Positions 13,039-25,330 of a DNA stretch of 64,000 bases are shown here, one piece after another. The stretch comes from Ginglymostoma cirratum (Eukaryota). A model generated the notes under the pieces. It was not told the origin of the DNA, did no database searches, and saw nothing but the letters and a program-made list of their open reading frames with translations. The number at the start of each line of letters is the position of its first letter. Position 1 is the first letter of the stretch. Both the position numbers and the translations under genes were made by a program. The stretch is taken from positions 186,001 through 250,000 of the forward strand of contig JAHRHZ010000082.1 in assembly GCA_024137785.1 (NCBI GenBank), read 5' to 3'.

Positions 13039-14200
13039 GGGCTGAATTCAGTGCTTTCTTTTGCCTGTCCGTTTCATGGAGGGTTTCTCTCTGCAAGGCC
13101 CAGCAAGTTTCCTCATGATATCTTATCAAATTTTCCTAATTAATGACTTACCCCACCCCTCTGATGCTCCTTTCGCCCAATTTTAGACCTGTTCTACCAC
13201 TCAGCATGGCCAGAATATGCCAGAATGGACTGGTTCTGGCATTAATTTTAAGAGTCTGATGTACAGCTGGACAAACACTGTTTCTTTGGAGCTGGCCTAC
13301 ACATTACATGACAGAGCCGAAATTTGGCAGCTTGCTTTATGGACAGTGACTTGGAGGTCCTGGTGGACAGAATGTGGACGGAGAGGAGGGATATCCTTTT
13401 GCCCCAAGATGAGCAAAGGAGTCCGGACCAGCCTGGTCTCAGATTGCCACGGAGGTCAGTGCAATCTCTGCTGTTCCTGCACAGCAATGTAGAAGATGAT
13501 CAATGAAGTCCTCCACTCTGCCAGCACAGGTACCTCAACCTTCTCCCTCTAATACCTTTCACTCCATCTCTTCTATCCAGCTCCATCTAAGGCTTATGCT
13601 TTATCCCTCTTACTATTGCCTCCAACATCTTACCTCACTTGCTGTCACCCACCCTGACCCACAAAGCCACAAAATCTCTGCACTTTTTATTCATTCATTC
13701 AAGTCAGTCTCCCCACTTACACCAGCATAAACAGCTGTGGCATCCACTTTCATCTCCGTGAATAGCTACTTCTCTCTCCTTCCATGAGGAAAACAACCCA
13801 CAGTCTGACAGAAAGAGTCAAGATGTGTGGTGCACTGCCCAACATTTGGCTCCTCACCTCTTACTAGGACAGGATCCCCTAATGAAAGGCTATTTCCCTT
13901 GAAATAACTGAGGATTGTTGACATCATGACAAATTTCCTGGCTTTGTGTCTGTGCTAAAGGGCATGGCAAAGTACTGTGAGCCTGGTCTTTGCTTTGTCA
14001 TGGATCCGTCTCATGATTAGAGAACAACCACCATCAAATATCTACTGAAGAGCTACTGTTCTTAAATAACAATGTATGATAACTATAAATACACTTCATT
14101 TGGCCAGGCACAATCAGTAAGATGCTAGGGAGCTAATGCAGATCATCTGCCACCTCCAAACACCAGAGGTGGAACTCCTTGTCTCCATCCACAGACCGCG
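13039..14200 (+). mobile_element. PIF/Harbinger transposon relic with Myb/SANT-like ORF remnant
   Basis: ORF 13324-13506 FMDSDLEVLVDR..RRDILLP, then frameshifted PAWSQIATEVSA..QCR, matching the Harbinger Myb/SANT (trihelix) pattern; gggctgaatt TIR-like start near 13039. Right end uncertain. Confidence 0.55.
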
Positions 14201-14239
14201 TGACAGCAGTTGAACAGGTGGAGCCAATATAGTATGAAT

Positions 14240-14620
14240 ATTAAGCCCTTCAGAAGCATTGCTTTATGTAATTACCACTTTCCCTTGGTATGGAGGATTA
14301 CATGGTCTGACCAGGTAGCAATGTTGGAACTTATCAAAAGCCTTGGTAAAATACACATAGAGAAAAGGGTTAGCATTGTCAACCCTCCATGCTTCCTCCT
14401 CAGAAAATTCAATCAAATTAATCCTTCTGTTCTCACATCCATATTGACTGTTTCTAATCAATCATTGACTTTCTTGCTGACGACTAATACTGCCCCTCAG
14501 ATTTTATTTCCAATGCTTTGTCCTCCGTACAGGTCAAGGTTTAAGAATTCTGTCTTTCACTTCCTCTATTTTTTAAGAACAGAAAGTTCTCTAGCAGTCC
14601 TTTATCACTTTATTCGTGAT
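14240..14620 (-). mobile_element. CR1 RT fragment
   Basis: Minus ORF 14264-14461 INLIEFSEE...VYFTKAFDKFQH ~ NLIEFFEE..DFxKAFDKVPH. Confidence 0.8.
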
Positions 14621-14629
14621 CTGTGCTTT

Positions 14630-14790
14630 GTAGGTGGTGGACAGGCTTTGAGGAGTCAGGATTCAGAATTCCCAGCTTCTGACCTGCTCTTCCAGCCACT
14701 TTATTATTTGGCTGGTCCAGTTCAGTTTTTGTAACCCCTGAGATGCTGAGTCAGTGATACAGGTTGCAGACGGATTGAAAATGATTGAAA
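14630..14790 (-). mobile_element. CR1/L2-group LINE fragment
   Basis: ggacaggctttgaggagtcagg...cagaattcccagc...ggctggtccagtt, recognised as the reverse strand of the LINE family at 12310-13000. Confidence 0.5.
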
Positions 14791-15534
14791 ATGGCCTTTC
14801 TTCTCTACAATTATGTTTTGATTACATCCAAAGTAATATGCAAGAGCTACTTCCAGCTATAATTTCACCCCTCCGAGAGAATTTTCAATAATATTTTACA
14901 TTTAAGTTCTAATTTATTTCAAAAACCCTCTGAAATACTATTTAGTTTCTTGAATTCTACTTTATGATCGCATTAGAAATTGATGTAAAAGTTGTTCCAA
15001 ATATTTTACAAAACTTGGCTTTGAGGGTGGAAATGAGTTATTTGTTCTCTGAATTGATTGGTCGAATAATTCTGGCTGTTTATTTTGTCAACAATTGAAA
15101 TTAGTTATTCTATAGAAGCAAACCAGAGGGCCAGAAACAAGCAAAGTTTCTTTATGGAAAAGGAGAAATATGTTTGTAGAATTGTTCCTTTTCTAGTCAT
15201 ATTTTAAGCACAGGAAGGGTTCATTGCTGAATGGGTTCTGTTTTGCACCTTCCTTTGACTATTTTTGAAGCATCATGTGGTGCAGTACCAAGTCTCCAAA
15301 CTCCAGAAGATAAAACAACACAATTCTACAGCTAGTTAGGAGTTGAATTTTCAGGCATACTGCTTGTTGATTGATTGATTCGCTTAACATTACATTTGGC
15401 TTTATTCCCACTTCAGATCCTGATCCCTCAAAATGCAGATAGCATTGATTATTAAGGTTGGTTAGAATTATTTGCGCTGGTAGTGACATCACCGAGTCAG
15501 TATTTACAACTTCTGTATCAGTAGTTTGTGGTCA

Positions 15535-15693
15535 TGAGATTTGTTCAAACTTAGATTATTCATATATGAATATAGTCGCATTTCACAGATACAAACAAAT
15601 GAGTGCTTTTGTGTGCATAGACACTTAACCTGTTTATAAACCATCACAATGTGCTGACAATCAGGAAAATGCGGAATGTTATTGATCCTATAA
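15535..15693. repeat. Direct duplication, copy 1
   Basis: Near-identical to 16654-16811 (tttgttcaaacttagattattcatatatg...gttattgatcctataa). Confidence 0.95.
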
Positions 15694-16653
15694 AGTTACC
15701 GGCACAATAGTGATATTGCAAATTCTTCTACATTTAAGTTACTGGTTAATAACAATTCCTTTAACAAGCCATCTCAGCCTTGATGCTAAGTATTCAGTGT
15801 ACTGATAAATTCCTTCATGAATCAAGTAAAAGTATTTAATAAAGCTATATAAATGAACACATTGCTGAAAGAAAATTAATATCTAGAAATAAGCTTAGTT
15901 CCTACTTCGCACCATCATCTAAACACTTCAACAACAACATAGCACATTGTATTCACTATAGGTATCTTTTTTAGGCAGGCAGTTCATTTAAAGCATTTTT
16001 CCTTTTCTTTTAACAAACCACCCTTGATTCTGTTAGTTTATAAAGTAGATTTATTCTCTTTCGAAGACAACAGTTTTGGTAAATAGATTCTTCATTTCTA
16101 TATATTAGAAAGGGGGTCATACCATGCACTGTTACAGTGAACACTTTCATCATTATGGTTTGACATGAGAATCTTCAGGTTACGCATTTATAACATGACC
16201 AAGTTTTCAGCTTTGAGGCAAAATGGATAGTTTAAAGAGATTGGACTTTTTGCAAAGACAACAATTGTTTGTTAGTTAGGAGAAGTTCTAAATATAAGTA
16301 TTGCAGCAGGTGCATTCATAGAGTTACAGGGGCTGAGTCAACAGTCAAAGAATTTGATAAAACTTATTCCGTCAAAACGATAAATAAATGCTGCAGTGCC
16401 TCAAAGCAAGGATGCTGACAGAATCTGAGCCAGCACTCCATATAATCACAGCACCAGCTGACTGTGCATCTACACTCTGTCAGGTTGCCAACTCAAAGAA
16501 ATAACCTACTTCTCATTGCTTAAGTGAGCAGCATTTTTTGTGCAGCTTATTTTTGTAATACAAAACTTAAAAAATTTGATTCTTCATCGCATTCAGACAA
16601 AAACTCAGTCAAATTGGTGTTTCATGAAGACAACATTCACTCTGAGGGACACG

Positions 16654-16811
16654 TGAAATTTGTTCAAACTTAGATTATTCATATATGAATATAGTCGCAT
16701 TTCACAGATACAAACAAATAAGTGCTTTTGTGTGCATAGACACTTACCAGTCTATAAACCATCACAATGTGCTGACAATCAGGAAAATGCGGAATGTTAT
16801 TGATCCTATAA
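16654..16811. repeat. Direct duplication, copy 2
   Basis: Near-identical to 15535-15693, offset about 1.12 kb, only a handful of differences. Confidence 0.95.
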
Positions 16812-17468
16812 TTTTCCTTTGAAGTGTCACTTTCTTTGTCTACTTTACAAAGATGTAATGGTGGTCTTAACACATTTTCCATACCATGCAATTATTATTG
16901 TGAAGTGGGAGAAAGAATACGATAATCATAGGTTTCATTTACTTTAGTTTATTCTTGGGGGTTGTCAATATTCCACAGGCTTGGAACATGATAATCAACT
17001 GTGGCAGATATACCCACTTGCAGTTACTCATCTAGCAACGGTGCACATAACTTTCAAGAATACATTCAAGGAGTTAATGTAGAATAGATCGAAGATTGTC
17101 ATATTGTTGATACTTTTCCTTTATCTGAAAGGTCACTCATATCAGTGTCCATTTGACATAAAGGCCTTCCACGTGTACTCTCAATATAATTCTCCCTGTC
17201 TGAAGATAAATCACAACATGCTGATATGTTTTCATATTGTTTCAATTCTTAAACTCATAGGACGCAAATCTAATTTCAGTCAGCTTCCTAGTTATGTTGC
17301 AGTTTCCAACATAAACTTTGTGTGAGGTCTTCAGAGCATGGATTGATGACGCACCGTTTGTTTGATCCAGCTGCCCTCTGCCAAACACTGCTGCTGCTGT
17401 ATGGGGACTAGTCGCTGATGAATGTTCTTTTATAGACTTTACACAGTGAATTACTTAATAGCTGATCT

Positions 17469-17595
17469 CTACACCCTTATCATCTTCAACTTTACAATCT
17501 TTTGACCTTTTGCCACTTTGTTTTGGATTGAGAAGCTGAGCTGCACTGGCAGGGCTCTCTGAAGCAGAGTCTCCAGGGTATGATAGGCATAAACA
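17469..17595 (-). CDS. Weak candidate terminal exon (VYAYHTLETLLQRALPVQLSFSIQNKVAKGQKIVKLKMIRV*)
   Basis: CAG acceptor at 17596-17598 on - strand, 41 open codons with protein-like composition; pyrimidine tract mediocre, no upstream partner exon found. Confidence 0.2.
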
Positions 17596-20465
17596 CTGGA
17601 TTTTCAATAAAACATTTAAAGATAGAATGTCTCGTAAAAGCAGGGTCAAGTTTCGATCATGCAATAAAAGTAAATACGGAGCACTTTAAGTGACTACAGG
17701 ATTCCCATATCTGCTACATGGTGCTGCTGGCAATGGCTAGTGAAGACTTTAAAATGCTGATATTCTCAAATACAGGAAATCATTTATTAGCAGGATATGG
17801 TTTTCATATTAAAGAGTTTATCGGGCAGATTAAGTCACATGTTCTGCTAGGGACAGAACACTAAAAATGTGTAAGTGTTTCAGGTAGACAAGAAGGGAAG
17901 TTTTAACCACAGCAATTAATGGCTCTGTACAGTTATGATTTTTACAGTGAATTTCCTTTTCAGATTTACATTGCAATTAAAGTTATCTCAGAGTAAATGG
18001 CCACATAGTCAGCAATATAGCATTGTTGCGTCAAAAATAACATAATTGCATATCCTTTACAAAGGACATTACCAAGTGACAGATCTATGAAAACCTTTTA
18101 GTCAGGTTGTAGTTTTTTAATTATACCCATTTTCATTTCTTGCGCTTATCTGTTAAAATGAGATTTTATCATACTTCCTTGAGATTTAGCAAATTACCCA
18201 GGTTCCGATATTCAAATTAGGCTGAAGGGAGTCAACATTTTGGAGACTTTGGGCAGATCTGAACAGTTAAAATCACCATTTATTCAAAATGCCAGGCTTG
18301 ATTTTTTTAGGAATTCAGAATCAACTCACTGGTGAGTAATGTCTGACTGGAGTCAAATTCAAGCTGCTTTCCCTCACTGTACTAACGAAGAAATAGAGCT
18401 GGAAACAACCGGTTAATGATGCCATCCCTGCCCCAGGCCACTTTTTATGAGGCAAAAACAAGTGTCTAACAAGTGAACCCAAATTGGTGTAGCTCAACCG
18501 ACATGAAAGCCAGCTTGTCCCAGAGCAGCCCTAAATATAATCCATTTCACTTTTAATGATCATTAGCAACACAGTGAAACATCTAACTCAGAGTCCTGAC
18601 AATATAGTCATTGCCATGTAGTTGCATGTTTTCTTATTAGGACAACCCTTCAGTATCACAGTATTCATCCGATAACTTTAAGTGTCTTAATTGCATTGAA
18701 CCTGCTATGAAATGATAATAAGAGTACTATCTCTTGATGAGCCTGTCAACATCAGACAGAAATCCTTGCTCCTGGTTTTAATTCAAGTGAACTAGGCTGC
18801 CTATTATCCTGAAAAGTTAGCTAAAGGCACTAAAGAGTATCTGTAATTTTGTTCAGCAATAGTGACAAGATTTTATTTTAATAACTGCTGCATAAGGGAT
18901 GTGAGGTTTCTATAGCCTACACATTTACAACCTGCAACTCTGATCCATATGGGTTCATTACGTATACGTAGGCCAGTTATATGTCCTTCACTGCTGTGCC
19001 AAGCTGTTCTAACATGAATCTGCGTATAACTTGCAACCTGTCATTACAGTGCAATGCCAAAAGTATTTTCACTTCATTCTGCATGCACTTCATCACCTGC
19101 AGTTTTAACACTATACCACCCTGCACTCTAAATGCTGTACCCACCTGTTCCCCCACAAATCTGTGGGCTTTTTAATGTCACGCCCACTTACTACATAGTA
19201 TCCTATAATTTATTTATCATTCCCAACTACTCCTATCTATAATGCTAATAGTCTATATGGTGTGTTCTACCTCTCCGAACAATACATAATGTATACTTGT
19301 GTAATCTGGGCTTGACTATGTTCTTGAGACATATATATTCTTCCCCTGTCTGCATCCTCTGACTTTAGATTAATAATTCATATCAGTATTGTGTAATAAG
19401 GACAACATCCATCATGTAGGCTTTACAGAGCCCCATTCCTTGCTACCTAATTGTCCTACAAAAATCTATATTGATGCTGCACTATACCCATATGAGCCTC
19501 CTTTGGTAAAGAAAAAAATGAATATGGAACTCTTTCATTTGTATTATGCACTAGTGATGTTTATTTTGTCACTGTACCTTTCACTGGCATGCAATTCAAG
19601 TCTTGTGGTGTTATCTGCACAATGCAGTTGTGATTTAGTGAACTAACTAAATGAATGGTGCAGAAAGAATATTGCGGGACATGAAGAGATTGCAATTACC
19701 CAACTCAATAAAACCTCCTTAGCAGCTCCTCATAATATTTGAACTGAAAGTGAAGAAGTGAATAGATGTAAGTGGATGGGTCTTCTGCAAACCAGCTGAA
19801 ATATGATTTTTTAAATTAAAATAGTAATTCAGTATTTCCTTACTCCACTAAAACGAAAAGAATAAAACAAAACAATTTTTCTATATTGAGCAGTGTTTTG
19901 TTGCTTCTGTAAAAATGTCCATTTTAAATTAGGTGTACAGATGTGTGCATGCTGCGAAAAGAAGAAACTCTATATTTGACCATTTCTTTTAAGTAGTGAT
20001 GCAAAGACTGAAGATAGTGCCACTCTGCATTGATCCAATTGTGTATATAGTAAGTGTTTGGCACAGCAGTTGTATTACTTGGAGATGAATGCACAAACAT
20101 ACAACCCTTGACTTGAATTGTCTCTTCTTATTCGGAATTTGAAGCTGATGCAATAAAGCACCAACTCATGGGATCTTCTGGAGATTTTTAAAACTTACTG
20201 TGCCAAGGTCTAAATATTATTTGGAAGTAAATGAACCTATTCAGTTTAGCATAACATTAGAAGATACAGACATTCTCAATCTCCATTAAAATCAGTGATG
20301 AATATGGTGGCAGTATAACCCTAGTTTGCTAACTAAATCATGCAAACCCTTATGCTGCACTCATAGATAATAGCTGCAGGCTGTTCTTGAGCAATGGGCA
20401 CACTTACTGGCCACTATTTGGTTGAATGTGGAATTCCCAGCTGACGTGGCTTGTGGTTTTCTGTA

Positions 20466-20775
20466 TGTTGTATAACCCATGTTTCCTGTACCACAAAGCA
20501 CTTTATTCTCGTTGAAACAGATGCCTTGAAGTTTACCATTAACTCTGTCTATCTACATGCTACAATATCACAGACATAGACATAGACTGGATTCTGTAAT
20601 TAATGATGTTACCATGTATTGCATACACATAGCTGGCTGACTGAAGACACTGCACTGAGTCTCTGACACTGGACAAGTGACTGAAAGTGATGGTCCGGGA
20701 ATGTCTCATGTTATGATGCCTTGTAACTAAAAGGTACAGGTCTGTCCAATCTGGAATCTATTCCATAATAGAACA
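20466..20775 (-). mobile_element. 3' LTR of Gypsy-like element
   Basis: Imperfect terminal inverted repeat tgttgtat...atagaaca; AATAAA near the - strand end; preceded on - strand by polypurine tract AAAGGGAAAAGGGAGAA (20776-20792). Confidence 0.7.
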
Positions 20776-22090
20776 TTCTCCCTTTTCCCTTTCGAGAATG
20801 GGAACCCTTTTCTGATAGCATGAACAAGGATATATATGCGTCTATACGCTTTAATAATGCCATGGTGAATATATGACATAACCGCAGCTGGTCTTTATAG
20901 TTATCGTGCCTTGGTGGTGTGCAGTGTGCTATCTGTTGTCACGGGTGTATAATCATTTCTCACAGATATGTGGTTGTTGTCTGCATGATATCTTCAGTAT
21001 GAGAGTTGACATTCTGTGTGATGGTAGGTTGAGGATAAGCAGTTCAGATGCCATGTTGGTTTCTTTGCGGAACTTGACAATTGCTTATTGAAATGTTATA
21101 TGACCTACCTAGGCTGGATGCCACAATGTATCATCTTCCCACTAACCCGTGTTTTCATGTGAAAATCTCAAAATTATACATTCTGTCCTGGTCTAAGTGT
21201 CTGAAAGCTTGTTTGTCCTGCTCTTGTACCACTCTCTCCCTTCAATCCAACAATGCATCACGTATATTAGGTTGGTTGGTGACAGTATTGGAAGGAAGAA
21301 TTGTACCTTCCAAGCATGGGAATAGCATATTGACACAATGTAGCCATCTGAAAATTTTGGAAAGTCACTTTATATTAAATAACCATGGAATTTAAAGTAT
21401 GAACATTGCATTCTATACAACTGTTCAAGTAAGGATAGTGAGGAGAGGAAATAATTTATTGCAACCCCATTTCTTGCAAATACTTTGGAAGGCCTGCAGA
21501 ACATTGACAAGCATAATTTGTTGAGATACGCTGAATGTACTGAATAGAGTGTTCCTTGTGCCAACCACCATTGTACCAGTAGAATCTTAATAGCTCAAAG
21601 GAGAATTCACTGAAGTACCTAGTCGCCAAAATTTAACCAAGTTTATGAACATGGAAAACAACGGTATGATTTTACAGCACGACTCGGAAGAAATCTCATG
21701 TGGAAGGAGAGGTTCTCCCAATGTTGAGGTTGCCAAAATTGATTCTTTTCAGATATTGGCAGGTCAATAACAGACGGTCCCTCAGTTCCAATGCATGACT
21801 TGTTAAACCCATTGTTAACTTCCGTTTTGTGGACTGTATTAAGCTGTGCCAGTTTCCTGAGTGCAACTCATGTAGGATGTGTAAAGCGATGATATTGGCA
21901 CTTACTTTAGTGCCAATTTTGGCATATAGTGGATGTGGTCAATTCCTTCTGGGATTTCTCATTTTGGTAGAAACAAAGGCTTCTGCTTTGCTGACAGAAC
22001 CCATGTGGTATCAGTTAGTACCAGAAGTGGAGGTGTGTATTATGATTCTAGTCACACTATTAGCATGGATCACAATGTAAAAATACTGTT
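20776..22090 (-). mobile_element. Gypsy pol remnant (protease and integrase C-terminal region; no RT seen)
   Basis: Minus translation LYAKIGTKVSANIIALHIL (~21870-21935; degenerate KIDTGASANIL protease) and LRPGQNV..RSYNI..QRNQ-like integrase tail (~21050-21200). Confidence 0.65.
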
Positions 22091-22093
22091 TCC

Positions 22094-23212
22094 AATTATG
22101 AAGCTGGTCAATTAAATACCTTAACTATATTAGGTTTTAAGCAGCAAGGTCAATCAACAGGTTGCTTAATGAACACAGTTATTGGTTTATTATCAAAACA
22201 AACTTATTCAAAGAAAATTCAATAATTGGTTAACATGCACAGTCAGTAATATAGAAGTATAAATGTTTATTCCTTTGATTTCCCCAAGAGACAGACACAC
22301 AAAGAAAAGCACAGGTTATAGAATCCCCACACTGTGGAAACAGGTGGTTTGACCCAACAAGTACCTGTAGACCTTCTGAAGAGCATCCCGCCCAGACCTG
22401 TCCTCCTACACTAACCCTGCATTTCCCATGGCTAACACACCTAACCTACATATCCCCGAACACTGTGGATGATCTAGCATGGCTAATCCACCTAGCCTGC
22501 ACATCTTTGGACTGTGGGAAGAAACCAGAGCACCTGACAGAAACCCACACAGATACAGGGAGAACATGCAAACTCCACTCAGACAGTCACCCAAGGGTGG
22601 AATTGAACCTGGGTCCCGCGTGCTGTGAGGCAGCAGTGCTAACCACTGAGCCACTGTGCCACAGGTTGTTTTGCAGAGACTTGCTTTCTCCACAACAAAA
22701 ACCTTTAGCCAACAGTTTATTTTTGAAAGCAAAGGAACAAGAAACAGTAAGTTCTAGAGCCTGATGTTCTGGCACATGTGGTCAACTCGCCAATTGTGCA
22801 CAGTAGTCGTTAAAGTCCTGCAGATACAGCTTGCTCGCAAGATGTTCCTTCAATCATTCTTTCAAAAAATAAGAATATGTTTCACCACAAATTCAGCAGG
22901 AAAGGACGTGATCAGTTGAGCAGCTTGTTCATAGGTGACATTCCTCCAATTGAACCAGATAACAAAAGAACCTTTCCAAACCAGTCACTGTTTAAAACAG
23001 CATTCCAGGGGTCTATAGCAAAACAAGCAGTTATCACCATTCATGTGATTCCTAGTTATAAAATAATCTTCAGTGTTTACAATGGTCTTTCAATGACCCC
23101 TTTTGAAGAAACCACTCAAGTATTTCCACAGAACTCGAAATAAATCAATATTTCCACAATTCCTCAAACTAAGCCCAACGAATAATATTAAATATGAAGC
23201 ATTTTCATAACT
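22094..23212. mobile_element. Probable solo LTR inserted between gag and pro
   Basis: ttatgaa (22096) / ttcataa (23204) inverted ends; composition like the LTRs at 43046 and 54851; interrupts the Gypsy coding region. No clear TSD. Confidence 0.45.
22318..22660 (-). mobile_element. HE1-like tRNA-derived SINE with TSD
   Basis: - strand head GGCACAGTGGCTCAGTGGTTAGCACTGCTGCC...GGTTCAATTCC (A and B boxes), CR1-like tail; ACAGGTT duplicated at 22311-22317 and 22661-22667. Confidence 0.9.
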
Positions 23213-24070
23213 TGTGTCAAGTCGACTACGTGTACTGTCTGACTGGGATCAGTGAGCTGTAAAATTGTGTTTTCCCATTGCATTTTGTTAACAAGCTTCT
23301 GTGCTTTAGACAGAGCTTTGGGAGCTTTATGGCATTGTTCTTTGGTTGGTTCTTCTTCATGTGCTGCTGTGGAAAATTGTGTTGTACTTTGGGTTTCCTG
23401 AGGCAATTGGACTCCCTGCACAATATAGCCCAATATGCTCTTGTAGAACATAACCTGCATATATCTCAACATGCTGAAAACTGTCTTGGTGGGTAAGACA
23501 AGATGCACCTCACACAAGATTTGGATGTACTACTGAATCTGACGATGCCTGTAATTATTGTTCGAGAGTCAAGCATTTGCAGATGCCATTGGCCTGCTCT
23601 AATTGTTTAAAGTTCAACCTCCTTCTTGCAGTGTGTCAGTGTTGCACTCCTTTTAGGTTGGTCCCAAAGTGCTTCTCTGAAGGATTTGCTGGGTGAAGAG
23701 CCATGAACAGTTCCATAAGTCCTTCAGCCATGTTAACTTTCAGGAAACAACATTCCATGCTTTTCTGTTGACACCTGCCTACAAATTGGTCAATTGTTTC
23801 ACCTGGCTATTGTCAGTATGACACAAACTCAAGTCTTGCATCTTGAAATTGACTTGAAGTTTAGCTTAGGTGTCTAAAATCTGGGGAAAAAAAAAGTCAT
23901 GATTTTTGTGACCATCCTCAGAAATGCTGATACATTTTATTCTTCTTAACCATTCAGTAACCAAAGCAAGAACAATTTTGACTGTTTATCATTTGTCATC
24001 TCTCTGCTGATCCATAATGTTGATTCTTTTCAAACAACTTGAGGAGGACCTCTGGCAGATCAAATCTCTT
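23213..24070 (-). mobile_element. Gypsy gag remnant
   Basis: Minus translation with frameshifts: VKIVLAL..LRRI, LQVNFKM..LEFVSY..PGETIDQFVGRC, and a degenerate Zn-knuckle region CVRC..YPPRQ...CRLC....W..LC. Confidence 0.65.
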
Positions 24071-24119
24071 GCTATGTCCCTCCACCAGAGAATTTTACCA
24101 ATAGTGGGTAAAGGAGCAG

Positions 24120-25020
24120 ACAGGCTTCCCATTACGTGGAGCTCATGTTGTGTAAAGGATCTGTTAGGAGCCATTTTCTCAGTGTGGCAGCATTTTGCCA
24201 GTGTTGGATTGATCCTTCACTCACCCAAGTTCGAAGGCTGTGAAATAAATGGAGTGGCCTGCCTGGAGGGGAATTCCATTCTAAACAAAAAGGAGGGGGG
24301 GGGGTTGCCCACAGTGGTCACCTTGGAGGAGCTCCTCCTTCCATCCACAGGGTTTTACTTTTATAATTAAAATCGGGGCTACCTTCTGTAACCTGCAGCA
24401 TCCCTTCCTTCCTCAGCAGTGGCACTGTGGAGGCTCCCAAGTTGCTGGCCAATCCCTGGTATTCCCCACTGACTTTCCAAAAAAAATGTACTGATTGTCT
24501 GACAAGAGTAATTTGCGCCTTCACCTGTTCGCAGTCTGCCACATTTATCAGGAACAGAGCTTGCTGGCATTCAGGATGACATGCATGTATATGGGTGCAG
24601 GGGAGGGGACATGGCACACGGCCCGGTCTACCCACTTGCTGTGTTAACATCACATGGAGTTTGCACAGCTGGGCCCTGCCAGTCTGTGTATATTTTTCAC
24701 AAGATGTGTCCGGACTGTCCTGTCAGTCTGCAGGTGTAGCTTGCAACCTATGCTTGTCTGTACGTCTGTCATTCTGAGATTGTTTTCTGCAACCTTTGCC
24801 TGGCTCTTTTTCCTGTCTGCCCATGCATGTGTTTTACTATCTACATCTGGTGATTTGCCTGTGAGTCTGTGTGCAGGTTTTACTGCCTGCAGTCTCAACA
24901 CTGTGCTGTGGTACAGCAGTCCCAGTTGTTTTCATATGTACAGCACGATTTTCTGTAATGAAATATTCACAGGTCACTGGTTCCTCAAGAAATGATGTGA
25001 ATCAGTCAATTCCTTCTTGG
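24120..25020 (-). mobile_element. Possible endogenous-retrovirus-like gag-pro-RT relic
   Basis: In order on - strand: two decayed knuckles (C..TGQSGH; GRPGRVPCP), FLINVAD and STVPLLRKEGMLQV (~FLVDTGA / PVPLLGRDLL), then RINPTLAK..APNRSF (~GIxPxIxxLL..PxxSP). Confidence 0.4.
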
Positions 25021-25029
25021 AGAGTAATT

Positions 25030-25330
25030 TTCTGCCCCTTCAATGGGCTTTTTCAAGTTGACACTCATTAGTGTGTGAGATCGAAGTGAGCGCATTGTGA
25101 TTGTCACAGTCAGACAGGCTGCATTCTCCACACACACAGCAGCCTAAATGACCAGAAAACTCTGACAGACGCTTTGAAAAATAAAGTGCATCTAACAAGG
25201 ATTTCAAAATAAATGTGTTCATCTTTTTCATCCCCCCGATTCTTTATTTTCATCTTGGCTTCTTTCTGTTTCTTTTTCTCTCTCACAGTCTCTGCTGAAA
25301 ATGGAATCCACAGAAGCCTTATCAAAATAA
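25030..25330. promoter_or_regulatory. Candidate conserved non-coding element
   Basis: Non-repetitive, retains CpGs, CATTGT/TGACAG/CATTAG motifs. Inference only; conservation not tested. Confidence 0.35.

Noticed and set aside
14210-14734. Longest ORF in the track (174 aa, +)
   Set aside because: Antisense to decayed LINE fragments; not a gene.
17334-17427. C/D-box snoRNA-like layout (TTGATGA...CTGA with GAGCAT/ATGTTC stem)
   Set aside because: C box imperfect, stem offset from the boxes, no convincing rRNA/snRNA guide; would need snoscan/Rfam.
22590-22660. tRNA gene
   Set aside because: A/B boxes belong to a SINE head with TSD; same for 40780-40861 and 55760-55840.
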